59,028 nt of DNA from positions 1-59,028 of the IMG/VR virus record IMGVR_UViG_3300027653_000014; one strand, written 5' to 3'. The translations under genes were made by a program, and so were the position numbers. How positions within the stretch are numbered: position 1 is the first letter of the stretch; each line of letters begins with the position of its first letter. This DNA is from a virus. Taxonomy: Duplodnaviria > Caudoviricetes. Below, one piece after another: positions 16,627-25,687 of the stretch. The notes under the pieces are model-generated. The model did no database searches. It was not told the DNA's origin and saw nothing but the letters and a program-made list of their open reading frames with translations.

Positions 16627-19187
16627 TGGTCAACTTTCAGGCGGTAGCCAAAAACCTTCAGAAGAAGGCTAACCATTCGCTGCACCTCAATGACCCTGTT
16701 TCATGGGCAATGGATGAGGTTGACGTAACTTTGTGGTCCAAGCAGCAGGAAATTATGCGTGCGTTGGTCACGCATAAGAACGTCGCAGTTAAGACGACCT
16801 TCAGTGTTGGGAAGATGTTGCCCCTCGACACTCCGATCCCTACACCTAAAGGATGGTCCTCGATGGGCTCTCTCAAGGTAGGTGATCAGGTGTTTGGTGA
16901 GGACGGGAAGCCTACTACTGTCACGTACGTCTCGCCCACTCAGGTTGGCAAGATGTACGAGCTTACCTTCAATGACGGTACAACGATAGTGGCTTGCGCA
17001 GACCACCAGTGGAATACGCTTACCCACACTGATAGGCAGAGGGCTAAGAGGTACCGAAAGGGTGCTAGTGCTGACTGGCGGGACCATTGGGATGAGTCCA
17101 GCACTAAAACCACTCAGCAGATCGTAGATACTCTGCGAAACTCTAATAACCAGCCAGTGCACGCTATTCCGATAGCGGCCCCACTACAGTTGCCCGATGC
17201 TGACCTGCCTCTGGACCCCTATATCTTCGGGGCGTGGCTGGGCGATGGGGCTAGCAGGGCTCCACAGATGTACATCGGTAACGATGGCGGGCACATCATA
17301 GAAGAGTTTAACGCTAAGGGATACACCCTGACGAAGATGGTGTCTGATCCTTATGGGTACACCTTCGCAGCCGCACACAAGAGGGGTGACTATGTGCGGC
17401 TGCTTAAGAAGATGAATGTGTACCGCAACAAGCACATTCCTATGGAGTACCTACGTGCCTCTGAATGGCAACGGAGAGAGGTGCTGCGAGGCATCTTAGA
17501 TACTGATGGCTTCGTTATCAGGGACAGCACTGTTGGCATCGATTTGATGAACAGGCCCCTAGCTGAGAGCCTTGCCGAGCTGATCCGCAGCCTTGGGTAC
17601 AAGGTGAACCTGCGGGAAAACCGTGCCACAGTCAGCGGGCGTGATGTTGGTGTGCGGTACCGTATGGCCTTCACCGCCAACAGCAACCCGTTCACGCCCG
17701 GTGGGGCTAAGCACGAGAAGTTCACTGCTGCAACTAGAACAAGCGTGTCTCGGACCACATGCAGGACTATTGTGGCAGCGAGGGAGGTTGAAGAGGTGCC
17801 TTCTCGCTGCATCTCCGTTGACAATGAGCGCAGCCTCTACCTAGCGGGAGAGAACTTCATCCCCACCCATAACACGATGAGCGCCGCCGTCGCTGCGGCG
17901 TGGTGGGTGGCAACACGAGGACCTGACTCGTTGGTGTTTACGACGGCCCCGACCAACTTCCAGGTTCGTGCCCTCCTGTGGTCTGAAATCCAGAAGCTGC
18001 ACGTCCGCGCGGGACTGCCGGGACGCATTACACAGGACGCACGCTGGATGTACCCATTTGGCACTACTGAGCGTATGGTTGCCTCCGGTGTAAAGCCTGC
18101 TGACGGCAGTGCTGAGGACCAGGAAATCAACACCCTTCAGGGCCTGCACCGTAAGGGCGGCATTCTAGCCATTGGAGATGAGGCAAACGGCCTGACGCCC
18201 GGCATTTTCCGAGGCTTGCAGCGCATTACTACCGCTAAGCACGACCGTATCTTGCTTATTGGGAACCCGACCTCGCCCGGCACAGAGTTTCACAGGCTGT
18301 TCAAGGAAAAGCCTGAAGACTGGTACCTGATGACCATTTCGGCATTCGACTCCCCCGCATTCACTGGGGAAGAGGTGCCGGAAGACCTGCTGGCGGGAAT
18401 GCCTGATCCTGAGTGGGTGGAACTACGGCGCAAGGAGTGGGGCGAGGACTCGAACCGCTGGAAGTCGAACATCCTCGCGGAGTTCCCCACTACCTCTGAT
18501 GACGGCCTGTTCAATCAGTCGCTGGTCGATGCTGCGGCCAAGAACCAGGAACACAAGAAGTCCGAGACCGCTGCCCCTGTGATGGGCGTTGACGTTGCCC
18601 GCTACGGAGGCGACTCCTCCACGGTGTTCGTGCGGTGGGGCAAGTATGTGGAGTTCCTTGACTCTTGGACAGGACTGGACACCCAGGAGACCGCTGAGCG
18701 GGTTGCAGGCCATGCCAAGAGGCTTGGCTGCCGCGAACTGCGGGTTGACGCCATCGGCGTGGGTGCAGGTGTCGTTGACGCACTAGCACGGCTGCTACCC
18801 GAGGCAGCGGTGTACGAGATGATTGGTTCTGCGGCTAGCCCGGACGCCACCAAGTGGTACAACGCTCGCGCGTACTGGTACGACAAGCTCCGCGAACAAA
18901 TCCATGCAGGTGACTTGACCATTCCGAATCATGACAAACTCCTTGATGAGTTCGGAGTGATCCGGTACACCATCCGAGGCTCGGCAATGCTGATCGAGTC
19001 CAAGGAAGACATGCGCAAGCGGGGCGTGAAGTCTCCTGACTACCTTGACGGGCTTCTCTACACCTGCGCCGATGTCCACGGGGACGGTATTGAGGGTGAA
19101 CAGATCGTGGGTGAGGAAGACATCTTTGATGAAGATGAACTGCTCACAATCGATGGACGAGAAGCCTGGTCATTTGTTCCGTGGTAG
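16626..19187 (+). CDS. terL: Terminase large subunit containing an intein
   Basis: Split Walker A (SVGK|T), Walker B (IGDEA), IGNPT, nuclease motifs GVDVARYGGD and KSPDYLD. Confidence 0.95.
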   Translation: MVNFQAVAKNLQKKANHSLHLNDPVSWAMDEVDVTLWSKQQEIMRALVTHKNVAVKTTFSVGKMLPLDTPIPTPKGWSSMGSLKVGDQVFGEDGKPTTVTYVSPTQVGKMYELTFNDGTTIVACADHQWNTLTHTDRQRAKRYRKGASADWRDHWDESSTKTTQQIVDTLRNSNNQPVHAIPIAAPLQLPDADLPLDPYIFGAWLGDGASRAPQMYIGNDGGHIIEEFNAKGYTLTKMVSDPYGYTFAAAHKRGDYVRLLKKMNVYRNKHIPMEYLRASEWQRREVLRGILDTDGFVIRDSTVGIDLMNRPLAESLAELIRSLGYKVNLRENRATVSGRDVGVRYRMAFTANSNPFTPGGAKHEKFTAATRTSVSRTTCRTIVAAREVEEVPSRCISVDNERSLYLAGENFIPTHNTMSAAVAAAWWVATRGPDSLVFTTAPTNFQVRALLWSEIQKLHVRAGLPGRITQDARWMYPFGTTERMVASGVKPADGSAEDQEINTLQGLHRKGGILAIGDEANGLTPGIFRGLQRITTAKHDRILLIGNPTSPGTEFHRLFKEKPEDWYLMTISAFDSPAFTGEEVPEDLLAGMPDPEWVELRRKEWGEDSNRWKSNILAEFPTTSDDGLFNQSLVDAAAKNQEHKKSETAAPVMGVDVARYGGDSSTVFVRWGKYVEFLDSWTGLDTQETAERVAGHAKRLGCRELRVDAIGVGAGVVDALARLLPEAAVYEMIGSAASPDATKWYNARAYWYDKLREQIHAGDLTIPNHDKLLDEFGVIRYTIRGSAMLIESKEDMRKRGVKSPDYLDGLLYTCADVHGDGIEGEQIVGEEDIFDEDELLTIDGREAWSFVPW
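16815..17873 (+). mobile_element. Class 3 intein (353 aa) with LAGLIDADG homing endonuclease
   Basis: Starts MLPLDTPIPTP (no Cys/Ser at position 1); DHQW in block B; GAWLGDG and RGILDTDG motifs; RCISVD in block F; ends PTHN|T. Confidence 0.9.
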
Positions 19188-19236
19188 GGCTGCTAAACTG
19201 AGTGGGGATGACTTCTTTTGAGACAGGGGCTAGGTA

Positions 19237-20694
19237 ATGGCGTTGTTCACCCGTAATAGCGGAGTGCGGGAACTAAAGGATGCTTTTGGCTCCGTGCTCT
19301 CCGAGGTTGACCGTCTGACCACCGAGCACGAACGGCTGGAAGAGGCCGTTAACGGTACCGGTCTTGCGGCTCTGCGTGCTGAGGACAAGGGCTGGCGGCT
19401 TATCAGCGGGGGCGTGCTCGACACGGATGAGATTGACCTCGATGTTCTTCGGGAGCACGCCGCTGACGCACGCGCTCTGCGGGCGATGAACCCGCTTGTC
19501 AAGCGCGGCATCGTGGTCCGTAACGCCAACATTTGGCGCGACAAGATCAACTATCCTGACGCGGCCAATGAAATCCTTGAAGACCCGGTAAACAAGGAGC
19601 AGTTCTTCGGGGATGAGGCACAGGAGGAACTAGAAGCCGCCTATTGCACGGACGGGCAGTATTTCCTGCTGCTGGACTCCGCGACGAAACAGGTTCGCCG
19701 TATCCCGTTCCATGAAATCACTGGGATCATCACCAACCCGGACTACGACAGCGAGATTTGGTACTACAAGCGCACCTATGTTCGCCGCACCACGCAGACC
19801 TCTGACGGTGAGACGCGCAAGGATACAGTCAGTACGTACTACCCCGCCGTAGACCTCCCTGTGAGCAAGCGGCTCAAGGCCAACAAGATTGGCGAGACCC
19901 CGATTGACCACAGCAAGGCTATTGAGCACAGCACGGTCAACAGCTCCACCGGGTGGCGGTACGGTGTGCCAGACCTGCTGGGCGCGGTGTATTGGGCACG
20001 GGCCTACAAGGAGGCCCTTGAGGCGGACTACACGCTGAAGAAGGCCCTTGCCCGGTTTGCATTCAAGTTGAGCAATCAGTCCGCAAAGGGCAACCGTGCC
20101 GCTGCGGCCAAGCTCGCACAGCCTGTTGCCCGTAGTGAGGCAGGCTCTACGGTCTCCCTTGGTGCGGGACAGGACTTGCAGGCCATCAACAAGTCCGGCT
20201 CCTCTGTGGACTTCAGTGCTTCGTCCCCGCTTGCGGGCATGGTTGCCGCCGCACTGGATATCCCCCTCTCTGTGATTCTGACGGACGGGTCGGCAGGTGG
20301 GCGGCAGGGTGCTGAGAATGCTCTTGAGCAGCCCACCATTGACACCATGAACTTGCGCCGTAAGACGCACCTGAAGTCGCGTCAACGGGTGCTTGAGTAT
20401 TTCGGCGTTGAGGGTGAGATTACGTGGCATGATCTTCACGGCGATCAGACACACCGCCGTCTTCAGTCGATTGGCCTAGCCAAGGATATGGGTGTTCTCC
20501 ACCCGGAAGAGGTGCGTGGTGAGGTGCTTAATGCGCTTGCGGTTGTCACCGACAAGGCGGTTGATGACATTCCCGAAGACTACAATAAGCAGCCTGAAGT
20601 AACGGATGGGCCGGGAGAACAAAGTCCCGTAGGGCCATTGAGCGACGGCACAAACGACTCAAGAGACAATCCAGGCGGTCCTACGGACGCTTAG
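19237..20694 (+). CDS. Portal protein
   Basis: 485 aa directly after terL; NPLVKRG and YGVPDL motifs typical of actinophage portals. Confidence 0.85.
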   Translation: MALFTRNSGVRELKDAFGSVLSEVDRLTTEHERLEEAVNGTGLAALRAEDKGWRLISGGVLDTDEIDLDVLREHAADARALRAMNPLVKRGIVVRNANIWRDKINYPDAANEILEDPVNKEQFFGDEAQEELEAAYCTDGQYFLLLDSATKQVRRIPFHEITGIITNPDYDSEIWYYKRTYVRRTTQTSDGETRKDTVSTYYPAVDLPVSKRLKANKIGETPIDHSKAIEHSTVNSSTGWRYGVPDLLGAVYWARAYKEALEADYTLKKALARFAFKLSNQSAKGNRAAAAKLAQPVARSEAGSTVSLGAGQDLQAINKSGSSVDFSASSPLAGMVAAALDIPLSVILTDGSAGGRQGAENALEQPTIDTMNLRRKTHLKSRQRVLEYFGVEGEITWHDLHGDQTHRRLQSIGLAKDMGVLHPEEVRGEVLNALAVVTDKAVDDIPEDYNKQPEVTDGPGEQSPVGPLSDGTNDSRDNPGGPTDA

Positions 20695-20757
20695 ACTTTG
20701 TGTTTGAGCATTAAAGCGTGCTATTCTTTCAATTGTACTAGGAGTTAGGGGAATCTT

Positions 20758-21879
20758 GTGGTCAAACTAAGGGAAAGCCTTAATGGCGCTCTTGTTGACA
20801 GCCCATCCGAAAGCAGGTCCGGCAAGCGTTGGCGTGTGAAGGTGATAGAGGCGGGAAAGGGCTCCTCCGCTATCTACCCTGAAAACGTGCTTCGGGACTA
20901 CGCCAGTGTTTTCGAGGCGGGTACTCAGATGTACCTTGACCACCCCGGTAAGAGCGAGGAGTCTGACCGCCCTGAGCGGTCTGTCCGCGATCTTGTCGGA
21001 CGCCTTGTTTCTGAGGCGGAGTACAAGGATGGTGCTCTTTACGCGGAGGCCGAGTTCCTGCCTTGGGCAGCCCCGGCCATTGAGGCTTTGTCCGATATGG
21101 TCGGCCTCTCCATTCGCGCATATGGCACTGTCACTGAGTCAGATGACGGCCCAGTCCTTACCTCCTTCTCGGGGGTAGAGAGCGTGGACGTTGTGACCAA
21201 GGCAGGCGCAGGCGGACAGTTCGTTGAACTGCTTGAGTCGGCCCGAGCCAAGAATGTCGAGGAGGCAAAGTCCTCGGACATTCACTCCTCACTCACTGAT
21301 CTTGTCGCTTCTGAGACGGGCATGGAGTGGGGCTGGGTGCGGGACTTCGATCCCGACAAGCAGACTGTTTGGTACACCGCTGACAGCGGAACGTACGAGC
21401 AGCAGTATGAGACCACAAACGGTCTACCCTCTGCTCTTATTGGAGAGCGTACGAAGGTCATTGCGACCACTGAGTACGTCTCCATCGGAGAGAGCGCATC
21501 TGTTACCACACAGAAGGAGAAAAGTATGACCCCGGAGCAGGAGGCTAAGCTCGACGCACTTGTCGAGTCGATTAGCAGCCTCAGTGAGCAGTTCTCCACG
21601 GTGGCTGAGAGTCTGAAGGCTCCTGAGCCGGTCGTGGAGGAGGACGCAGCCCCCGTGGACGCCCTTGAGGCAGCCAAGGCACTTGCCGCGTCGGAACTCT
21701 CTGAGGCAGGCCAGGCTATGGCGATTGCCCGAGTCAGCGAGAGCGTTTCGCTGGAAGAGGCTATCAATGCTCAGAAGGAGTACGAGGACAGCGTTCGGCA
21801 GTCGGTTGGTAACGGCTACCACGTTGTTGAAGAGCGCAAGGAGCCGGTGAAGGTTCCGTTCAAGAAGGTGGGTGCCTGA
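20758..21879 (+). CDS. Capsid maturation protease/scaffold
   Basis: YLDHP, GLSI and SVDVVT.AGAGG protease motifs with an acidic helical tail. Confidence 0.85.
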   Translation: MVKLRESLNGALVDSPSESRSGKRWRVKVIEAGKGSSAIYPENVLRDYASVFEAGTQMYLDHPGKSEESDRPERSVRDLVGRLVSEAEYKDGALYAEAEFLPWAAPAIEALSDMVGLSIRAYGTVTESDDGPVLTSFSGVESVDVVTKAGAGGQFVELLESARAKNVEEAKSSDIHSSLTDLVASETGMEWGWVRDFDPDKQTVWYTADSGTYEQQYETTNGLPSALIGERTKVIATTEYVSIGESASVTTQKEKSMTPEQEAKLDALVESISSLSEQFSTVAESLKAPEPVVEEDAAPVDALEAAKALAASELSEAGQAMAIARVSESVSLEEAINAQKEYEDSVRQSVGNGYHVVEERKEPVKVPFKKVGA

Positions 21880-21881
21880 TA

Positions 21882-22286
21882 ATGGCAAAGAACCAGGTTT
21901 TCAAGTATGTGGACACCCTCTCCGTTCCTGTGCCCGAGGGCACTCAGAGCGGTGACCCGGTCGTCCTGAACGCAGACATCGGACTCGTTGGTGTTGCGGA
22001 GACTGACCGAGGCCCCGCCGAGGGTGCCGAGGTTACGGCAGACACCAAGTACGCGGGCGGCAACGTCAACGGCTACGCCTCTGTGGGGCTGAAGGGTGCT
22101 TACCGCCTTCCGGTCACCGGAGCGCTTGAGCCGCTTCAGCCGGTGTACATCACCGGCGCAGGCTCGCTGACCGCGACCGCCGGGACCAACGTTCGTTTCG
22201 GTTACTCGCTGACCACCAAGGGCTCAGGCGAAGGCGATGCCACTGTGGTTATCGACGGCGCTCCGGCTGCTGCGGACGCGGGCTGA
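21882..22286 (+). CDS. Capsid decoration/cement protein (DUF2190-like)
   Basis: MAKN...SGDPV...LVGVA pattern; lies between protease and capsid. Confidence 0.75.
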   Translation: MAKNQVFKYVDTLSVPVPEGTQSGDPVVLNADIGLVGVAETDRGPAEGAEVTADTKYAGGNVNGYASVGLKGAYRLPVTGALEPLQPVYITGAGSLTATAGTNVRFGYSLTTKGSGEGDATVVIDGAPAAADAG

Positions 22287-22295
22287 TAGGAGAAA

Positions 22296-23456
22296 ATGAC
22301 AATGACTCGACTGATCAAGAACACCGACCACTTCCGCGAGGTGCTCGCTGAGGCCCTTGCCGGTAAGTACAAGTCGCAGGCTCTCCTGAAGGAGGCCATC
22401 ACCACTGACGACATTCCGTACTTCATGCGGCAGGTTGTCAACGCTGAGCTTGAGGAGCAGTACCCGCAGGCTGAGCCGGTGTACCGCACGTTCACCACGG
22501 ACTTCGAGCTTAACGACTTCCGTCCGGGCGGGCTGTACGAGCTTCTGCCTGACTCCTCGATGCTGCACCGGGAGAACGGTGGGCAGACGCGCTCTGTGGG
22601 CCTTCCCCGCATTCCCGAGCTGACCCCGTACCCGACCTTCGAGTACCGGGAGAGCGAGAAGTGGTTCACCACGCACAAGAACGGTGCGCGGATTCACTTC
22701 TCCTTCGAGGCGTTCATCAACGACGAGTGGGACCAGATTGCATCCCTCCCGGCTGAGATGATCCAGCTCGCTGTGGACACTGAGGAGGCGCTTGCGCACC
22801 TTCAGCTTGTCGGCCCCGAGGGCATCAACTCCGCGAACTTCAACGCTGGGAACGGCAACGTTCTTCAGGCCCGCTCCGTCGCCACCCTGGGCGATGTGAC
22901 CGGCACCGAGACCAACGTTCCGGCCAACTCCCCGCTGACCCTCGATGCGCTGTTCGCGGCCATCGCGCAGGTCAAGGAGCAGCGTCACAACGGTCGCGCG
23001 GTTCGCGTCAACCGCTTCGTCCTGCTGGTGCCCCCGGCCCTGACTCAGTACGCCAACGTGCTGGTCAACGCCGCTGTGGTCCGTCAGACGGTCGGTGGCC
23101 GGGAGTTCGAGATTTCCAACCCGCTGCCTGCGCAGATTCGGGTTGTGGAGTCCGAGTTCCTTGCTGAGCTGAACGGTGACGACGCTACGGCTGACTCGAC
23201 GTGGTTCCTCCTGCCCGAGGGTGGCCGCACCGGTAACGGTCGCCGGACCATCATCGAGACCTTCCTCCGTGGTCGCCGTACCCCGGAGATGCGGGTGTCG
23301 GGCAACACGGGCCGCTACATCGGTGGTGGGGACGTTCCCTACACCGAGGGCTCCTTTGATTCGGATGACGCCGAGGTTCGTATCCGCCATGTGGTCGGCT
23401 CCGGATTTGCAAATGCGGACGGGACTATCGCGTCCAGCGGCTCTGGTGAAGCCTAA
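22296..23456 (+). CDS. Major capsid protein
   Basis: 386 aa, strongly biased codon usage, LLVPPAL and TWFL motifs, followed by a terminator. Confidence 0.9.
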   Translation: MTMTRLIKNTDHFREVLAEALAGKYKSQALLKEAITTDDIPYFMRQVVNAELEEQYPQAEPVYRTFTTDFELNDFRPGGLYELLPDSSMLHRENGGQTRSVGLPRIPELTPYPTFEYRESEKWFTTHKNGARIHFSFEAFINDEWDQIASLPAEMIQLAVDTEEALAHLQLVGPEGINSANFNAGNGNVLQARSVATLGDVTGTETNVPANSPLTLDALFAAIAQVKEQRHNGRAVRVNRFVLLVPPALTQYANVLVNAAVVRQTVGGREFEISNPLPAQIRVVESEFLAELNGDDATADSTWFLLPEGGRTGNGRRTIIETFLRGRRTPEMRVSGNTGRYIGGGDVPYTEGSFDSDDAEVRIRHVVGSGFANADGTIASSGSGEA

Positions 23457-23469
23457 GCAGTAGCCACTA

Positions 23470-23507
23470 AGTAAGGCCCCCTGTTTGCACTGGCAGGGGG
23501 CCTTACT
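23470..23507 (+). terminator. Rho-independent terminator-like hairpin
   Basis: AGTAAGGCCCCCTG...CAGGGGGCCTTACT. Confidence 0.75.
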
Positions 23508-23553
23508 GTACCCTTTAATTAAGATGTGACAAACGACAGAAAGGACTATCATA

Positions 23554-24117
23554 ATGCCCGCACCACTTTACCCACCTAGAGAAGACGGAAACACCGCCCT
23601 ATGCCGAGTACCTGGGTGCGACAGAATAAAGTACAGGGGTACGACGATGTGTGGTAAGCATTGGTCTGAACGCTACTCCACCCCCCAGCGCCCTATTAGG
23701 GCAGCGGACAGAGATGGGCAGGGACGTAAATACTGTTTTGGGTGTCGTGTGTGGCAGGAAGTGTCTAACTTCCACAAAGGTTCTGCCAAGCATATGGACG
23801 GCCTGAAGGCTAGGTGCAAGAAGTGTTCTAGCCGGGAGTACCGGGCACGCACATACGGCATCTCTGCGGAGAAGATGGATGCCATGCTTAAGGAGCAGGG
23901 AGGCATTTGCGCTGTTTGTGGCATTGATCCAGACCACAAGTGGGCAGTGGACCACGATCATTCATGCTGTCCTGGGACGAAATCTTGTGGTAGGTGTGTT
24001 CGAGGGATACTCTGCGACCGGTGTAACACAGCCATTGGTACTTTAGGCGATAATAGCGAGGCTGTCATGCGGGCAGTAGACTATTTGCGGGCTTACGAAC
24101 AACGTGTGGTACGCTAG
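23554..24117 (+). CDS. Endonuclease VII-family HNH nuclease
   Basis: YGIS...QGGICAVC...VDHDH...VRGILCDRCN..IG. Confidence 0.9.
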   Translation: MPAPLYPPREDGNTALCRVPGCDRIKYRGTTMCGKHWSERYSTPQRPIRAADRDGQGRKYCFGCRVWQEVSNFHKGSAKHMDGLKARCKKCSSREYRARTYGISAEKMDAMLKEQGGICAVCGIDPDHKWAVDHDHSCCPGTKSCGRCVRGILCDRCNTAIGTLGDNSEAVMRAVDYLRAYEQRVVR

Positions 24118-24156
24118 TACCGTCTACATGACCTAGTGCTGGCGACAGCATAGGCG

Positions 24157-24199
24157 CGAGGCCCCCGTCATCAGCATCAGGTTGGTGGCGGGGGCTTCG
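24157..24199 (+). terminator. GC-rich hairpin/terminator
   Basis: CGAGGCCCCCGTCATCAGC...GTTGGTGGCGGGGGCTTCG. Confidence 0.6.
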
Positions 24200-24246
24200 T
24201 CATGTTGACACTTCTCTTGTCACACTGCTAGGGTTGTGTGCTGATA

Positions 24247-24329
24247 GGGGCGGTAGCTCAGTGGTAGAGCGTGCGGTGCACCGTCAAACGATGAAAGCAA
24301 GTGCGTGGGTTCGATTCCCGCCCGCCCCT
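24247..24329 (+). tRNA. tRNA-like RNA with aberrant anticodon arm (identity undetermined)
   Basis: Acceptor GGGGCGG/CCGCCCC, D arm GCTC-AGTGGTA-GAGC and T arm GTGGG-TTCGATT-CCCGC are present, but there is no canonical 5-bp stem/7-nt loop anticodon arm. Confidence 0.7.
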
Positions 24330-24388
24330 ATCTGTAGTTTCGTAGGTTCAAGCTTCGTAGTTAGGTGCTATAGTAGATAGCACCAGTC

Positions 24389-24496
24389 CCCCCGCCGCCT
24401 CTCAACGATGCGCCCTGCGGGGGTCCTTTCTTACGTGGTAGCATGGTTCTAATAGACCCCCTTCCAAGCCTCTCCACGATGCTCAAATGGGAGGGG
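24389..24496 (+). ncRNA. Two copies of a bulged hairpin with loop CUCUC(A/C)ACGAU (24389-24423, 24458-24496)
   Basis: Same architecture, different stem sequences, near-identical 11-nt loop. Confidence 0.7.
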
Positions 24497-24500
24497 CCTG

Positions 24501-24573
24501 TGGTCCGTAACTCAGCAGGCAGAGTACCCCGCTGTTAACGGGAGTGTCGTAGGTTCGAGTCCTACCGGGCCAG
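24501..24573 (+). tRNA. tRNA-Asn(GTT)
   Basis: Cloverleaf: TGGTCCG/CGGGCCA acceptor, CT-GTT-AA anticodon loop, GTAGG-TTCGAGT-CCTAC T arm, G discriminator. Confidence 0.9.
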
Positions 24574-24634
24574 CGAGAGCCGTTGGAAGCACGGTGTACC
24601 CACTACGGTGAGGGAAACCCCCAGCGGCCTTGAA

Positions 24635-24711
24635 GGGGAAGATCAGGTATCGACTATTGGAAGGCCGCACGCGGCACCAGTAGGAAGTGGGTTCGATTCC
24701 CACCTTCTCCA
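24635..24711 (+). ncRNA. Minimal tmRNA-like RNA (tRNA-like domain only)
   Basis: 5' GGGGAAGATCAGGTATCGAC and 3' GGAAGTGGGTTCGATTCCCACCTTCTCCA; G3-U70-equivalent pair and A discriminator. Confidence 0.75.
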
Positions 24712-24788
24712 CGAAGGCCCCGGAACCATCCCTACGCTTAGGCGTAAATGGCCGGGGCTACGTCTTTTCACTCTGCTAAACTTGGAGC

Positions 24789-25196
24789 ATGGCTGCCACT
24801 GACGTTTTCCCACCTGACTACAGCACCCCTGTGGGGCAGGTGAGGTCACTTATCCCTGACGTAGAACTGCTAGAAGACCCTGCCGACCTCAGCGCTGAGG
24901 CGGAGTACATCTTCAATGATGATGTTATTCAGTCTTACCTCGCACTGGCGCGAGACAACATCTTCAGGGCTGCCGCGTTTGCGGTCAACACACTGGCGAC
25001 CACAGAGGGTCTAATCCTCAAAGTCCTTCGCTCCGACGACCGGCAGACTGACGGCTCTAAGCTCGCTGACTCGCTAGGTAAGCGGGCTGATTGGCTTCGA
25101 AAGCAGGCTGACGAAGAAGACGAAGAGATGGAACTCTATGAGGCGTTCAACATCTATCCGTACGATCCTCAGCCGCCTCTGTGGGGGCTCCGCTAA
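24789..25196 (+). CDS. Head-to-tail adaptor
   Basis: DYSTPVGQVR.LIPD motif; gene position. Confidence 0.8.
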   Translation: MAATDVFPPDYSTPVGQVRSLIPDVELLEDPADLSAEAEYIFNDDVIQSYLALARDNIFRAAAFAVNTLATTEGLILKVLRSDDRQTDGSKLADSLGKRADWLRKQADEEDEEMELYEAFNIYPYDPQPPLWGLR

Positions 25197-25687
25197 TGGG
25201 ACTGCTAAGCGGACGCGGGATGATCGATCCGCGCTACTTTCGTCATATGACCCCCGTTATCGAAGGCGCAATGACGGGCCTCATCGAGGTCATCCGGCCC
25301 TCGCCGGAAGACGCCCAGCCCGAATGGATTGACGGAGAGTGGGTATACCCCTCACCCACTGCCATCTGGCGTGGAATGGCCTCCGTGACACCCAACAAGG
25401 ACTGGCGCGCCCGTAACCGTGAGTGGGCGATGGAGCAGACCGCTGAGCACGCTGTCCGGGTGCAGATGAACCTCGCCAAGAACATGCTTGTGCCTAAGTC
25501 TGAGTGGCCTGCCCCTCTTGTGGACATCCGGCACGGGGATGTGGTGAAGGTGGTTGACAACCCCAACGATCCCATCCTTGAGCGCTACAACCTGACGGTG
25601 CGTAACCCTATCGGGGCCACCGACAACTGGCATCGCACGCTCCTGTGTGACGCGAACCTCGGGAGCCGCTATGACATCGAAGAATAG
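25196..25687 (+). CDS. Head-to-tail stopper (putative)
   Basis: Synteny; beta-rich sequence. Confidence 0.65.
   Translation: MGLLSGRGMIDPRYFRHMTPVIEGAMTGLIEVIRPSPEDAQPEWIDGEWVYPSPTAIWRGMASVTPNKDWRARNREWAMEQTAEHAVRVQMNLAKNMLVPKSEWPAPLVDIRHGDVVKVVDNPNDPILERYNLTVRNPIGATDNWHRTLLCDANLGSRYDIEE

Noticed and set aside
24389-24496. HDV-like (theta) ribozymes next to tRNAs
   Set aside because: I could not build the nested double pseudoknot by eye, and a simple bulged hairpin explains the covariation. A formal motif search was not run.
24635-24711. attP remnant from integration into host ssrA
   Set aside because: An attP would carry only one end of ssrA. Here both 5' and 3' halves are present and paired, and there is no integrase.
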